Source: an uncultured Holophagales bacterium (lineage in GTDB: Bacteria > Acidobacteriota > Thermoanaerobaculia > Multivoradales > UBA5704). Taken from it: a stretch of DNA of 64,000 nt. Location: NCBI GenBank assembly GCA_963842525.1, contig CAWJGT010000009.1, positions 1,024,001 through 1,088,000 of the forward strand, in the 5' to 3' direction. Position numbers and translations under genes: made by a program. This document shows, in pieces, positions 17,813 through 27,935 of this stretch; position 1 is the stretch's first letter; each line of letters starts with the position of its first letter. Below the pieces are notes generated by a model. The model was not told the DNA's origin and did no database searches. It saw only the letters and a program-made list of their open reading frames with translations.

Positions 17813-18262
17813 GTGACAAAGGTAACTGTCGAAAACTACCGCAATGACAATTACTACCCGAAAGTGGTTCGGGCAGTTGAGGCGATCCTGGCCAAGAGCG
17901 ATGTGGTGACCCCGCTCGACGTCTTCGTTCAATTGGAGCTGCTCAGCAAGGCCGATGTCGAATCGTGGCGCTTCGGACGTGTGCCCTATCTTGAGAAGGT
18001 CATGCACTGCAATTTGAGCAAGGCCAGCCGGATTCTCCGCATCCTCCTTCTGCATGTGCACGACTTGAACATGCGCCCGTCCCGCACGGCATACATGAAA
18101 TGGGGAAAGGGAACGCGGACGCCTCTACGCTTCTCCAAGACCGGCGATCCAAACCTTGAAGAAGCCTACTCTCGCCATTTCCTGACACCGGGGCTCGAGT
18201 CGAAGAAGAGGCGGTCTCCTGAGCAACCAGAGTCCCAAGACGGACTGGGAGCGCCGGAGTAG
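17813..18262 (+). CDS. Conserved hypothetical basic protein
   Basis: WRFGRVPYLEKV..CNLSK..LRFSKTGDPNLEEAYSRHF looks like real protein; start uncertain. Confidence 0.65.
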   Translation: MTKVTVENYRNDNYYPKVVRAVEAILAKSDVVTPLDVFVQLELLSKADVESWRFGRVPYLEKVMHCNLSKASRILRILLLHVHDLNMRPSRTAYMKWGKGTRTPLRFSKTGDPNLEEAYSRHFLTPGLESKKRRSPEQPESQDGLGAPE

Positions 18263-18477
18263 CTCAGGGCGTGAGGATGTCCGAAGCCATGACAGGACGA
18301 ACCGTCTCTCCCTGGGACCGCGGGCGTCCCGCCCGCCCTCCACGGGCTCGGGCCGGCCGAGAGGGCTTGTCACAGCGCCAGAGTTTTTAGCTGAAGCTTC
18401 ATTGCTGCGCGCATTGGAGAGTATACTTCGCGCAGCTCGAGCCTCCCCGGAGTGGAGGCCACTTGAGGGTAATCGCC

Positions 18478-18693
18478 ATGATATTTCACGTCACAATCGA
18501 AGAAGCCGAGGACGGCTGGTTTGTCGCCGAATGTCCTGCCCTTCCAGGCTGCGTGTCTCAGGGTCGAGACGAGAAGGAGACGCTGGAAAACATCCGAGAA
18601 GCCATCACGGCATGGCTGTGGGCTGAGGACCAGAAGGCCGTCGCCGCCTTACCCAATCGCGAAGGCCGCCCCCCCGTCGTGGTGGCAGTCTGA
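18478..18693 (+). CDS. Orphan HicB-like antitoxin
   Basis: FHVTIEEAEDGWFVAECPALPGCVSQGRDEKETLENIREAI; the expected toxin partner downstream is replaced by a gene fragment. Confidence 0.8.
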   Translation: MIFHVTIEEAEDGWFVAECPALPGCVSQGRDEKETLENIREAITAWLWAEDQKAVAALPNREGRPPVVVAV

Positions 18694-18699
18694 TCCATG

Positions 18700-19165
18700 G
18701 GGGTGGGCCTTTCCTTCCCGGACCAGTTCGATGCGTCCGGCGAGGCGGAGGCGGCGGAGGTTCACCCCCACCGCGCGGACGTCCACCGCCCGGCGCAGCT
18801 TCTTGCCAAAACGGCGGTTGACTTCCCGGGCGATAGCGGTTGCGCCGAAAGCCTGCCCCGGCTGCTGCTCCTCCACCACCTTCGCGACGAGCCGGCTCAC
18901 CTTCGGCCTGCCTTGGCCGAGATCTTCCTCCTCTTCCCGCGCCGGCGCCGCAGCCTTGTGGAGAGCGGGAACGCGTCCGATCAGCTCGCCGGCCGACTCT
19001 GCGGCCCTCTTGACTCGAACCGCTCCAGGACCTTCGCGAGCTCTTCTGCAGCAACGGCACGCTGCTCGCGGTGGAACACTTCCCGCTGTGCGTGCATTGC
19101 CTCTTCATTCCGATAGTGCTCGACCTGCGCTTGCAGCTCGGCGATCATCTCGGCGAACCGACGAG
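18700..19165 (-). pseudogene. Fragment of a coiled-coil plus wHTH-like protein, frameshifted near 19010 and truncated at both ends
   Basis: AEMIAELQAQVEHY...LERFES continues in another frame as ...SRLVAKVVE..FGATAIAREVNRRF..LRRLRLAGRIELVREG. Confidence 0.55.
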
Positions 19166-20029
19166 CCGGTCGAGCGGGTGCCGTTCGCGCGGCTGCGTGT
19201 CGATGCGCCCCTGGTGGCGCGCCGCATGGCGATGCTCGCCTGGTCCGCTGTGCCGCTTGCCCTGGCCCTGATGATCTTCCCCCGCGGCACGGGACACCGG
19301 CTGCTGACGGCGCCGCGCCGGCGCGGCCGTCGCCGCTTGGCGGACAATGAAGAGCCCGCCCTCGTCGCGGCGAGCCCGCTGTCCACGCCGGCGCCGGCCG
19401 TCTTCCACGCCCGCGCCGGGACGCCCACGTTCGCCCGGTCGGTGCTCGCCGACGGTCTCCTGATCTGGAGCACGGCTGCGTGGGCGAGGTGGCCGCTCCT
19501 GCTCGCCTCGGGGGTGACGCTCTTCCTGCCAGTGATCGCCGCAAAGGTTTCGATCGCCATCTTCCTGCTGCTGCTCGGCCTGGTGATCGCCGAGGCGGCT
19601 GCCCGCGAGCAGCTCGCCGGCACGGCAGCCACCGTCTTCGCGCAGCCGGGCGTGCCGCGCTCGGCCGTGCTGTGGAAGGTCGCTGCCATCGCGGCCTTCG
19701 TGGCTGTCGTCGGCGCGCCTGTCCTCGTACGCTCCGTCGTGCGCGGTCCCGCATACGGCCTGGCGATGGTGCTCGCTCTGCTGTTCGTGGCCACCGCCGC
19801 CGCCGGGCTCGGCTGGCTCTCGGGTGGCGGCAAGCTCTTCCTCGGCCTGTTCACCGCCCTCTGGTACATCGCCATCCAGCGCGACTCGCCGCTCGACTTC
19901 AGCGGCGCCTTCGCAAGCCGCCCGGACCTCGCCCTCTGCGCCGGTTTCGCGGTGGCGGGGATGGCGGCGGTGCTCGCCGCGTTGCTCTTCGAGCGTGCCC
20001 GCGCCGCCCGGGGGGACGCGGTCGGCTAG
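19166..20029 (+). pseudogene. 3' fragment of a polytopic membrane protein
   Basis: Several hydrophobic helices (LSGGGKLFLGLFTALWY); no credible start; abuts the opposite-strand fragment. Confidence 0.5.
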
Positions 20030-20106
20030 TAGACTATGGCGACGATGCGAAGCTGTTATCAGGTCGAAGTCGCTCCTCGTAGCTGTTATGCGGAAGGGCA
20101 ACACCC

Positions 20107-21360
20107 GTGACTCCTCGATACCTGACCAGGGCTTTTGCAGGCATTCGATCCGCTGTGACCTTGATGAACGAGATCACGCCAGCGCTTGCCTACGACCTCC
20201 GTGCCGACATGGACGACCTTGCAGGCGACTTCCGTCGAGCAGCGGCGGGCGACCCGCCCCTCGATGATTTTGACGACCACTTAAAGTCCGCCATCCGGTC
20301 CCTGTTTGGTCAAATGGAGGCTTTCGTCCACTCGCTAACAGTTGCGGTACTGAAGAGTGACACTGGAACCCTTCAAATCGGCAACTACGAACTGGCCGTG
20401 CTGAGTGAGCGAGACCATGATCCGGTCACTGATGTCATTTCCACTGAAACCCGCCACTACCCGCTTGCGCTTCGCCTCGAGGTGGCATCCCGGCACTTCT
20501 TGGGGATCTGCGGACTCACGACGATTGCGGACTGGGATCCAGATGTCAAGCGGTACCTCAAAGACTTGACGCGAACTCGCAACCACCTCACGCACCCCAC
20601 GCGCATCGAGCACCTAATCGTCGCTCCGGCCTTCGAGAGCTTCCGCCAGATCGCGATCTGGTTCCCGGCGTACGCCTCCCATGTGCTTAGCGTGGCGTCG
20701 CTCACCCTCGGTCTCCCCGCCCGGAAGGCCCTGCCTATCTCGCCGGTTCCTCCGCTTCCCGCAGCCATCCCGCGAGCCGAGCAGATATTTGATGATCACT
20801 TCTACCGTCGGATTTTCTCTGATCCCGGGTCTGCCATTCGATATATCAGCTTCTTCTCCAATCGCCTCGATGAAGAGATCAAACGCGCCTTCGATCACTC
20901 TCGCGATGCCCTATCTCCTCCCTACGACCCTGACCGCGTTGGCCGCGCAGTTCGACGGATGGTCCGAGCGATTACGACCAACCTGGAAGGCCTTATCGGC
21001 TTCACTTCTTTCTTCATGCGGGCAGTCCGAAGATCGAAGGTCAAGGTGGTTTGCCCTCAACCCATCAAGGATGAATCTCCACCAGACCGCGCAGTTCGTG
21101 TTCTTACCGCCTTCTCTAGCGCCTTTGGCGCCGATGTCTTGCCTAAGCGCGACGCCTCGTGGCGCGCCCTACGCACCGTGTTTGACATCCGAGATCGGCT
21201 CACTCACCCGAGAGCAGCTGGGCACGTTCTGCTCAAATTGGATCACCTCGACGCAACCATGAACGCCTTGGGATGGTTTCTGAATCAGGCCTTTCCCGCG
21301 ATACTGCTCGATCAAGAGAAGATCGCCGATTGCTTTGGCAGTCGAAAGCCTGCCCGCTAA
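20107..21360 (+). CDS. Tandem HEPN-like protein, probable integron cassette
   Basis: Two similar halves: AIRSLFGQMEA..RNHLTHP and MVRAITTNLEG..RDRLTHP (Rx4H). Lower GC. Preceded by GTTATGC near 20085 and followed by an attC-like site. Confidence 0.65.
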   Translation: MTPRYLTRAFAGIRSAVTLMNEITPALAYDLRADMDDLAGDFRRAAAGDPPLDDFDDHLKSAIRSLFGQMEAFVHSLTVAVLKSDTGTLQIGNYELAVLSERDHDPVTDVISTETRHYPLALRLEVASRHFLGICGLTTIADWDPDVKRYLKDLTRTRNHLTHPTRIEHLIVAPAFESFRQIAIWFPAYASHVLSVASLTLGLPARKALPISPVPPLPAAIPRAEQIFDDHFYRRIFSDPGSAIRYISFFSNRLDEEIKRAFDHSRDALSPPYDPDRVGRAVRRMVRAITTNLEGLIGFTSFFMRAVRRSKVKVVCPQPIKDESPPDRAVRVLTAFSSAFGADVLPKRDASWRALRTVFDIRDRLTHPRAAGHVLLKLDHLDATMNALGWFLNQAFPAILLDQEKIADCFGSRKPAR

Positions 21361-21415
21361 CCTCGTTGCAGCGGACAACACCAGGCGTTGCCGCTGAATT
21401 CAAGCGCCGTTCGGG
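21355..21415 (+). other. attC-like site
   Basis: cgctaac ctcgttgCAGCGGAC aacaccaggcgtt GCCGCTGA attcaagcgcc gttcggg: R''/L''/L'/R' layout like the sites at 50.6-53.6 kb. Confidence 0.65.
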
Positions 21416-21433
21416 CAGCGCAGGAGCGGAGCC

Positions 21434-21949
21434 ATGCTGTTCCACGTCAGCGAAGAATCCGGCATCGATCGGTTCGAGCCGCGGCCGTCGCCCTACACCG
21501 ACGAGCCCGTCGTGTGGGCTGTCGACGCCGACCGCCTCCGCAACTACCTGCTCCCTCGGGAGTGCCCCCGCGTTACGTACTACGCCGGGCCCGAGACCAC
21601 CGTAGCGGATGTGGAACGGTTCCTCGGAGCCAGCCCGGCAGTCATCGCGGTCGAGAGCGCCTGGTTGGAACGCCTGCGGTCCTGCCGGTTGTACTGCTAT
21701 CACCTGCCGCCGGAGACCTTCGGGTGTATGGACGAATGCGCCGGCTACTTCGTCAGCCGACGGCCCGTTGTGCCAACGCATGTCCAGGTCGTCGAGGACC
21801 TGCTGGCCGCGCTGCTGGGGCGCGGGGTTGAGCTGCGTTTCGTGCCGAACCTCTGGCCTCTCCGCGACGCGGTGGTCTCCTCCACGCTGTGGTTCTCTCT
21901 TATCCGCATGCGGAATGCCTTAGAGCGCCCCTGCTGGCTCAAGGCGTGA
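21434..21949 (+). CDS. Hypothetical protein (DUF6886-like), possible second cassette
   Basis: LFHVSEESGIDRFEPR..VWAVD..NYLLPRECPRV..SLIRMRNA; RBS directly after the attC GTT. Confidence 0.65.
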   Translation: MLFHVSEESGIDRFEPRPSPYTDEPVVWAVDADRLRNYLLPRECPRVTYYAGPETTVADVERFLGASPAVIAVESAWLERLRSCRLYCYHLPPETFGCMDECAGYFVSRRPVVPTHVQVVEDLLAALLGRGVELRFVPNLWPLRDAVVSSTLWFSLIRMRNALERPCWLKA

Positions 21950-22850
21950 GGACGTCCACCACTAGCCCCGTCTGCAGCCGTCCCTGCATCTCCGGGGTGG
22001 GCTCGAGGCGGGCTTCGACGAAGACCATCTGCGAGGCGGTGTCGACTTCCGGGGCGATGCGCTCGATGCGGCCGGGGACGGCGATTCCGAGGCCGCGCAC
22101 CCGGGCGGTCACCCGTGAGCCGGGGGAGAGGCGCCGCGCTTCCTCGGGTGGCACGGCGGTGCGGACCATCAGATCGCCGCCGCTGATCAGCCGCGCGATC
22201 GGCGTGCCGGGGCCGACCAGGGCGCCAGGATCGACGAAGCGCTCGGCCACCCGGCCGGCGAATGGGGCGCGGATCTCCGTCTGGCCCAGGGTCGTCTGGA
22301 GCTGGCGCACCCGGGCGCGCTGTTCGGACACCCGCGCCTGCGCCACTTCCAGCGCGGAGGCGGCGGTCTTGGCGCGCAGCTCCGCATCGGCCAGGTCCTC
22401 CTTGGAGAAGAAGTCGGGATTGGCCTGGCGCCGCTCGTGCCGTGCTCGCGCCTCCTTGAGCTCGGCATCGGCCCGCTCGGCGTCGGCCTCCGCCGCGCGT
22501 AGGGACGAGCGGGCCATCTCCAGATCCTGCTGGGCGAGGCGTGTGTCCAACGTCGCGATCCGGTCGCCGGGACGCACCGTGTCCCCGATTTGCACGTAGA
22601 CTGCCGAGAGCCGGCCCGGCGACTCCGCCGTCACGTCGACCGACTCGCGGGAGATGATCACGCCCACCCACCCCTTGCGAGGGGCGGGCACGGGGCGGGG
22701 CGGAGGGGCGTTCAGGGATGGTCCCGTCGAGGCCTGTGGCTCGGTAGGTGGCCCGGACGGCGCGCGGTCACGGCAGGCCCCAACTGCCCCCGCCAACAGG
22801 GCGAGAACGAGCAGGGTGCGGGTCGGATGGAGCGAACGCATCCGGAGCAT
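21939..22850 (-). CDS. Efflux periplasmic adaptor (membrane fusion protein)
   Basis: V.IGDTVRPGD lipoyl half, coiled hairpin, IRAPFAGRV, GRIERIAPEVD; lipoprotein-like signal. Confidence 0.85.
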   Translation of the reverse strand: MLRMRSLHPTRTLLVLALLAGAVGACRDRAPSGPPTEPQASTGPSLNAPPPRPVPAPRKGWVGVIISRESVDVTAESPGRLSAVYVQIGDTVRPGDRIATLDTRLAQQDLEMARSSLRAAEADAERADAELKEARARHERRQANPDFFSKEDLADAELRAKTAASALEVAQARVSEQRARVRQLQTTLGQTEIRAPFAGRVAERFVDPGALVGPGTPIARLISGGDLMVRTAVPPEEARRLSPGSRVTARVRGLGIAVPGRIERIAPEVDTASQMVFVEARLEPTPEMQGRLQTGLVVDVLTP

Positions 22851-22877
22851 CTTACAATCCCGGACAGGAGAAACCCG

Positions 22878-23789
22878 ATGCGACCGACCTGGATGACGCT
22901 TTTCTCGTTCCTGCTCCTCGTGTTTTCGCCTGCCGCCCGGGCGCAGGGTCCCGCGCCACTACCCCCCTCGTGCGAGCCTGCCGAGGGTCTCGCCCCTCTG
23001 CTCGGCACGAGGACCGTCCTGCTCCTCGGCGAGATGCACGGCACCGAGCAGAGCCCGCGATTCGTCGGCATGGCGGTCTGCCATGCGCTGCGCAAGGGAC
23101 TCCCGGTCACGGTCGCACTGGAGATCCCGCGCGGCGAGGAGCCGGCGGGGGAGGCATTCCTCGCTTCGGCAGGGACGGACCAGGACCGCGCCGCCCTCCT
23201 GACGTCGCCGTTCTGGAACCGCGACTACCAGGACGGCCGCTCCAGCCATGCCATGCTCGCCCTGATCGGCTATCTGCGCGGCCTCGTCCGCGCCGGCTTT
23301 CCGGTGCGGATGCGGTGGATTGACGTCGAGGAGCCGATGGAGCCCCGGCTGCGCGACCGCAAGATGGCGGAGCGGATCGTCGAGCTGACCGCCGAACGGG
23401 AAGGCTTCATCGTCGTGCTCACCGGCAACCTGCACAACCGGATGATCAAGGGGACCCCCTTCAATAAGGACTTCGAGCCCATGGGCTGGGCCCTCACGCA
23501 GCTCCGCCCCAGAGCCCGGATCATCTCGCTCGACGTGTCCTACTCCGATGGCCAGGCCTGGGCCTGCATGCAGACTGAGAAGGCGCCGCAAGGGGAGTGC
23601 GGCGTCTGGCCCATGCGCGCCTATGGCAAAGGCCAGGGCACGGCCCTGCGCGTCATCTTCGCCGATACGATGAGCGAGTCCGGACACCATGGGTATTACT
23701 ACATCGGTGCGATCACCGCGTCGTCGCCGGCTGTGCCGCCGAAAGAGAAGCCGGTGGAGCCGGCTGCAGGTGCGGTGCACCATGTCTGA
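22878..23789 (+). CDS. Secreted hypothetical protein, erythromycin esterase/ChaN-like
   Basis: Signal peptide; LLLGEMHGT, ALE, DGRSS, RD..MA, VLTGNLH; RBS aggag. Confidence 0.65.
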   Translation: MRPTWMTLFSFLLLVFSPAARAQGPAPLPPSCEPAEGLAPLLGTRTVLLLGEMHGTEQSPRFVGMAVCHALRKGLPVTVALEIPRGEEPAGEAFLASAGTDQDRAALLTSPFWNRDYQDGRSSHAMLALIGYLRGLVRAGFPVRMRWIDVEEPMEPRLRDRKMAERIVELTAEREGFIVVLTGNLHNRMIKGTPFNKDFEPMGWALTQLRPRARIISLDVSYSDGQAWACMQTEKAPQGECGVWPMRAYGKGQGTALRVIFADTMSESGHHGYYYIGAITASSPAVPPKEKPVEPAAGAVHHV

Positions 23790-26484
23790 TCCGCAATCGA
23801 CAAGCGCCGCGAGCCCTGAACAGCCACGGCAGATCCAGGTTGTCGTCACCGGCGACGTGACCATGGACTGGAATCTGGCCCGCATCTCGGAAACCGAGGC
23901 TGTCGGTCAGCCCTGGAAGGCCACTGACAGCATTCGGATCTATGGGCAAGCGGGAGGCGCGGCCCTTCTGGGGAGTCTCATCGAAGAGATCGCCGACGAG
24001 CTGAAGAGCCTGAACGTCTTTTCTGAGGTGCGGAGCGTAGAAGTCGCGCCGGTCCAGGGCGGTGATAAGCACCATTCTCATTCCTATGCGATCTGGAGGT
24101 TGTTCGACAGCGAGCGAGGAAAGAAGGGGGAGGCGGTCTGGCGCGTCGCGGACTTCATGGGGCTTGATCCACCCTCCGCGCCGGAGTGGCGGACCGTGGA
24201 GGACCTCGCCGGCCCCGACCTCGTGGTCCTTGACGACGCGAATCTGGGGTTTCGCTCGCAGGCCGCGGTTTGGCCACAAGCCGTGAAGTCCCCTGGGCAG
24301 AAGCGGCCGTGGGTGCTCCTCAAGATGGCTCATCCGGTTGCCCAGGGAGATCTCTGGAGCCGCCTCTACGACGACTTCGCGGATCGGCTGATCGTGGTCA
24401 TGGCGATCAACGATCTGCGCCAGCAAGAGGTTCATGTCAGCCGGGCGCTGTCGTGGGAAAAGACCGCGCAGGGCCTCGTCCAGGAGCTGCGCCGCAACCC
24501 GCCGATCAATGCCCTCTCCCGGTGCGCCCATGTGGTGATCTCCCTGGGAACCGAAGGAGCCTTCCTGCTCTCCAATCCGCGGACCGAGGGTCCCGCCCCC
24601 GCAGCGGCCGAGCTCGATGCCCGACTGTTCTTCGATCCCGAGGAGATCGAGGGGACCTGGGCGGAGAAACGGCCGGGCGGCGTCATCGGCTACACCTTGA
24701 CCTTGACCGCAGCCCTGGCCTGCCAGATCCTGCGCAACCCGGACAGCCCCAACCTGGGGAGGGGGGTCCAGCGCGGCCTCGCAGCCATCCGCAAGCTCCA
24801 TCTGGACGGCTATGGCCAGCCCGGCGCTGTCTCCTCCTCCCAAGCCAGGCTGGCCTTTCCCATCAAGGCCATCGCGGCCGAGGTGATCAAGGAGGATGAG
24901 CCCTTCCCGGTCGCGGAGGTCCCGGAGATCCCTTCCTCGCCGGCCCCGGGCGCGCAGCAATCCGGGGTATGGACGATCCTTGGCGATGCGTTTCCCGAAG
25001 GAATGGAGGCGCTGGCCGAGCAGATCGTCCTCGAGGGGGAGAGGCGGGCCTTGCGGAGCGTGCCCCTGGGGCGCTTTGGCGGCCTCCTGACCGTCGACCG
25101 TCAGGAGATCGAGGGGTACAGGAGCATCGGTGTCCTGATCGAGGAATATTGCCGCAACACCCGTCTCCAAACCCCTCTCTCGGTGGCGGTGTTCGGTGCT
25201 CCAGGGTCAGGCAAATCCTTCGGGATCACCGAAATGGCCAAGTCCCTGGCCTCGGCCAATATCGAGAAACGGACCTTCAACCTGTCCCAGTTCGAGCGCC
25301 CCGATCAGCTCCTGGGGGCCTTCCATCAGGTGCGCGATCTGGCGCTCTCCGGGAAGATGCCCCTCGTCTTCTGGGACGAGTTCGATAGCTCCCTTGGCCA
25401 ACAACCTCTGGGATGGCTGGCCTACTTTCTCTCGCCCATGCAGGACGGAACTTTTCAGGAGGGTCAGATCACCCACCCGATCGGTCGCGCGATCTTCGTC
25501 TTTGCCGGCGGCACCTGCGAGAGGATGGAGGATTTCGGCAACCCCAGGGAAGACTCCCAGCAGAGGATCAATTTCCGCGACGTCAAGGGTCCGGACTTCG
25601 TCAGCCGGCTCAAGGGGTACATCAATGTCCTGGGCCCCAACCCGTGCGGCAATGAAGCCGGAAGCGACCCATACTACGTGATTCGCCGCGCCCTCCTGCT
25701 GCGCTCGATGCTGCTTCGGCAGGCCTCCCGGCTCGTGCAAAAAACCGATGGGAGAGACGTCCTGGACATCGATCCCGGAGTGCTGCGGGCGTTTCTCTTC
25801 ACGCGAAAGTACAACCACGGAGCGCGCTCCATGGAAGCGATCACCGCCATGAGCTCGTTGGCGGGGAGAACACGGTTCGAACGTTCCTGCCTTCCGCCGA
25901 CGGCCCAACTTGCCCTGCACGTCGACGAAGTCGACTTCATGGATCGGGTGACGCGGACCGAGCTGGACCGGTCGCTTCTGGAGCAGTTGGCCCGGGCCAT
26001 TCACCAGGAGTTCTGTAACAATCTCCGCAGGCAGGTAAAGACAGAGCACAGCTCCCTCGTCGACTTCGATGATCTGCCCGAAGACGAGAAAGCACAAAAC
26101 CGCGGCAACGCCCGCGATCTGGTGAACAAGCTGGCTGCTGCTGGCTACCTGATGATCCGCGCCCGTACATCAGAACCGCCTTTTCGGTTCTCCCCGCAGG
26201 AAGTGGAGCCCCTCGCCGAGATGGAGCACGAGCGTTGGCTGCGCATGAAGCTGAATGCTGGATGGCGATGGGCCGAGAAGACCGATAAGCCGCGCAAGCG
26301 CCACAAGGATCTTGTTCTCTGGAAGGCGCTGTCTCCAGAAGAGAGGCTTCAAAAGTACAAGGGCGAGGCCGATCACATAGGGCCGGGAGAGCTCGCCGAG
26401 GAAGACAAGGAAAAGAACCGGGACATGATCCGGAGCAGTGCCAACGTCCTTGCCGGGATCAACTATACGGTGACTCGTGTCTGA
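23782..26484 (+). CDS. PfkB-like N-terminus + AAA ATPase + RyR-domain protein
   Basis: VVVTGDVTMD, AGGAALL; Walker A GAPGSGKS, Walker B VFWDEFD; RyR repeats LARAIH..DFDDLPEDEK and LAEMEHERW..GW..HKDLVLW. Confidence 0.8.
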   Translation: MSDPQSTSAASPEQPRQIQVVVTGDVTMDWNLARISETEAVGQPWKATDSIRIYGQAGGAALLGSLIEEIADELKSLNVFSEVRSVEVAPVQGGDKHHSHSYAIWRLFDSERGKKGEAVWRVADFMGLDPPSAPEWRTVEDLAGPDLVVLDDANLGFRSQAAVWPQAVKSPGQKRPWVLLKMAHPVAQGDLWSRLYDDFADRLIVVMAINDLRQQEVHVSRALSWEKTAQGLVQELRRNPPINALSRCAHVVISLGTEGAFLLSNPRTEGPAPAAAELDARLFFDPEEIEGTWAEKRPGGVIGYTLTLTAALACQILRNPDSPNLGRGVQRGLAAIRKLHLDGYGQPGAVSSSQARLAFPIKAIAAEVIKEDEPFPVAEVPEIPSSPAPGAQQSGVWTILGDAFPEGMEALAEQIVLEGERRALRSVPLGRFGGLLTVDRQEIEGYRSIGVLIEEYCRNTRLQTPLSVAVFGAPGSGKSFGITEMAKSLASANIEKRTFNLSQFERPDQLLGAFHQVRDLALSGKMPLVFWDEFDSSLGQQPLGWLAYFLSPMQDGTFQEGQITHPIGRAIFVFAGGTCERMEDFGNPREDSQQRINFRDVKGPDFVSRLKGYINVLGPNPCGNEAGSDPYYVIRRALLLRSMLLRQASRLVQKTDGRDVLDIDPGVLRAFLFTRKYNHGARSMEAITAMSSLAGRTRFERSCLPPTAQLALHVDEVDFMDRVTRTELDRSLLEQLARAIHQEFCNNLRRQVKTEHSSLVDFDDLPEDEKAQNRGNARDLVNKLAAAGYLMIRARTSEPPFRFSPQEVEPLAEMEHERWLRMKLNAGWRWAEKTDKPRKRHKDLVLWKALSPEERLQKYKGEADHIGPGELAEEDKEKNRDMIRSSANVLAGINYTVTRV

Positions 26485-26729
26485 ATTCTACTTGCCAGAT
26501 TGCACAACGGCGTCTCTCGAGGATTTGCTGGGAGCGCCCCGCTGCTAAGGTCGCAGCAGCCCTGAAGGAGCCCGGCGCGGAGATCGGAGCGGACGGGTTG
26601 TTTCCTCCTACCGTCCCCGCCCCCGGCGCCTCCAGACCGGCGCTCCACACTTCCAAGCAAACCTCCGGCCCTTTCCTGCGTACAGAGTCGAAACGGCGTT
26701 CGACGCGCCCCCTCGCGAGGAGGAAATCC

Positions 26730-27881
26730 ATGCTGCGAAACCCGCTTCGTCTCCTGTCCCTCCTGGTCCTGACCGCATTGCTCGCCGCGCCGGCCGCAGC
26801 GCAGTGGCGCGGCATCGCCCTGCCCCCGGACGGCGACAACCAGCTCTCCTCGGTCACCCAGGGCATCGGCCCGGTGCGCGTGACCATCGAGTATCACAGC
26901 CCCGACGTCCACACCCCCGCGGGCGCGGACCGCCGGGGCAAGGTCTGGGGCGCCCTGGTGCCCTATGGGATGGCCAACCTCGGCTTCGGCACCTGCGGCG
27001 ACCAGTGCCCCTGGCGCGGCGGCGCCAACGAGAACACCGTGCTCACCACGAGCCACGACATCAAGGTCCAGGGACAGCCTCTGCCGGCGGGCACCTATGG
27101 CCTCCATTTCCTCCCCGGGGAACAGGAGTGGACGGTCATCTTCTCGAAGAACCACACTTCGTGGGGGAGCTTCACCTACGACGCGAAGGAGGACGCTCTG
27201 CGCGTCCAGGCGAAGCCCGAGAAGAGCGACTACCACGAGTGGCTGAGCTACGAGTTCACCGACCGCCGTCCGGACCGCGCCACGGTCGCCCTCAAGTGGG
27301 AGGACCTCCAGGTCCCCTTCACCCTCTCCGTCGACAACGTGACGGACCTCTACGTGGACAACCTGCGCAAGGACCTGCGTTCGGACCCTGGCTTCCCCTG
27401 GCAGAACTGGGTCGCGGCGGCGCGCTACTGCCTGGACAACAAGACGAACCTGCAGGAGGCCCTGGTCTGGGCCGATCACGCTGCCCACATGCCGGGCATC
27501 GGTGTGGAGAACTTCGCCACCCTCACCACCCTGGCCGATCTCCAGACCGCCAACGGCAAGGCCGACGATGCGCGCAAGACCATGGAGCAGGCGCTCAACC
27601 ACCGCACCGCCGGTCCCCTCGACATCCATCTCTATGGCCGCCAGCTCCAGCAGCAGCAGAAGAACGAAGAGGCCATGAAGGTCTTCGAGCTGAACGCGAA
27701 GCGGTTCCCGAACCAGTGGCCGGTGCATGTGGGCCTCGCCCGCGGCCACTTCGCTCTCGGCCACAAGCAGGAGGCGCTCGCCGAAGCCCGCCTCGCTCTC
27801 CCGCAGGCGCCGGACGAGCCCAACCGCAACTCGGTCCAGACCCTCATCCAGCAGATCGAGGCGTCCGGGGCTTCGAAGTAG
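26730..27881 (+). CDS. DUF2911-domain secreted protein with C-terminal TPR
   Basis: VTIEYHSP..RGKVWGALVPYG..WRGGANENT..LPAGTYGL..WGSFTYD; RBS ggagg. Confidence 0.85.
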   Translation: MLRNPLRLLSLLVLTALLAAPAAAQWRGIALPPDGDNQLSSVTQGIGPVRVTIEYHSPDVHTPAGADRRGKVWGALVPYGMANLGFGTCGDQCPWRGGANENTVLTTSHDIKVQGQPLPAGTYGLHFLPGEQEWTVIFSKNHTSWGSFTYDAKEDALRVQAKPEKSDYHEWLSYEFTDRRPDRATVALKWEDLQVPFTLSVDNVTDLYVDNLRKDLRSDPGFPWQNWVAAARYCLDNKTNLQEALVWADHAAHMPGIGVENFATLTTLADLQTANGKADDARKTMEQALNHRTAGPLDIHLYGRQLQQQQKNEEAMKVFELNAKRFPNQWPVHVGLARGHFALGHKQEALAEARLALPQAPDEPNRNSVQTLIQQIEASGASK

Positions 27882-27935
27882 CGGGGAGAAGGCTGCAGCA
27901 GGACGGGACGGTCGGCGGGGATAGAATCGCGGGAC

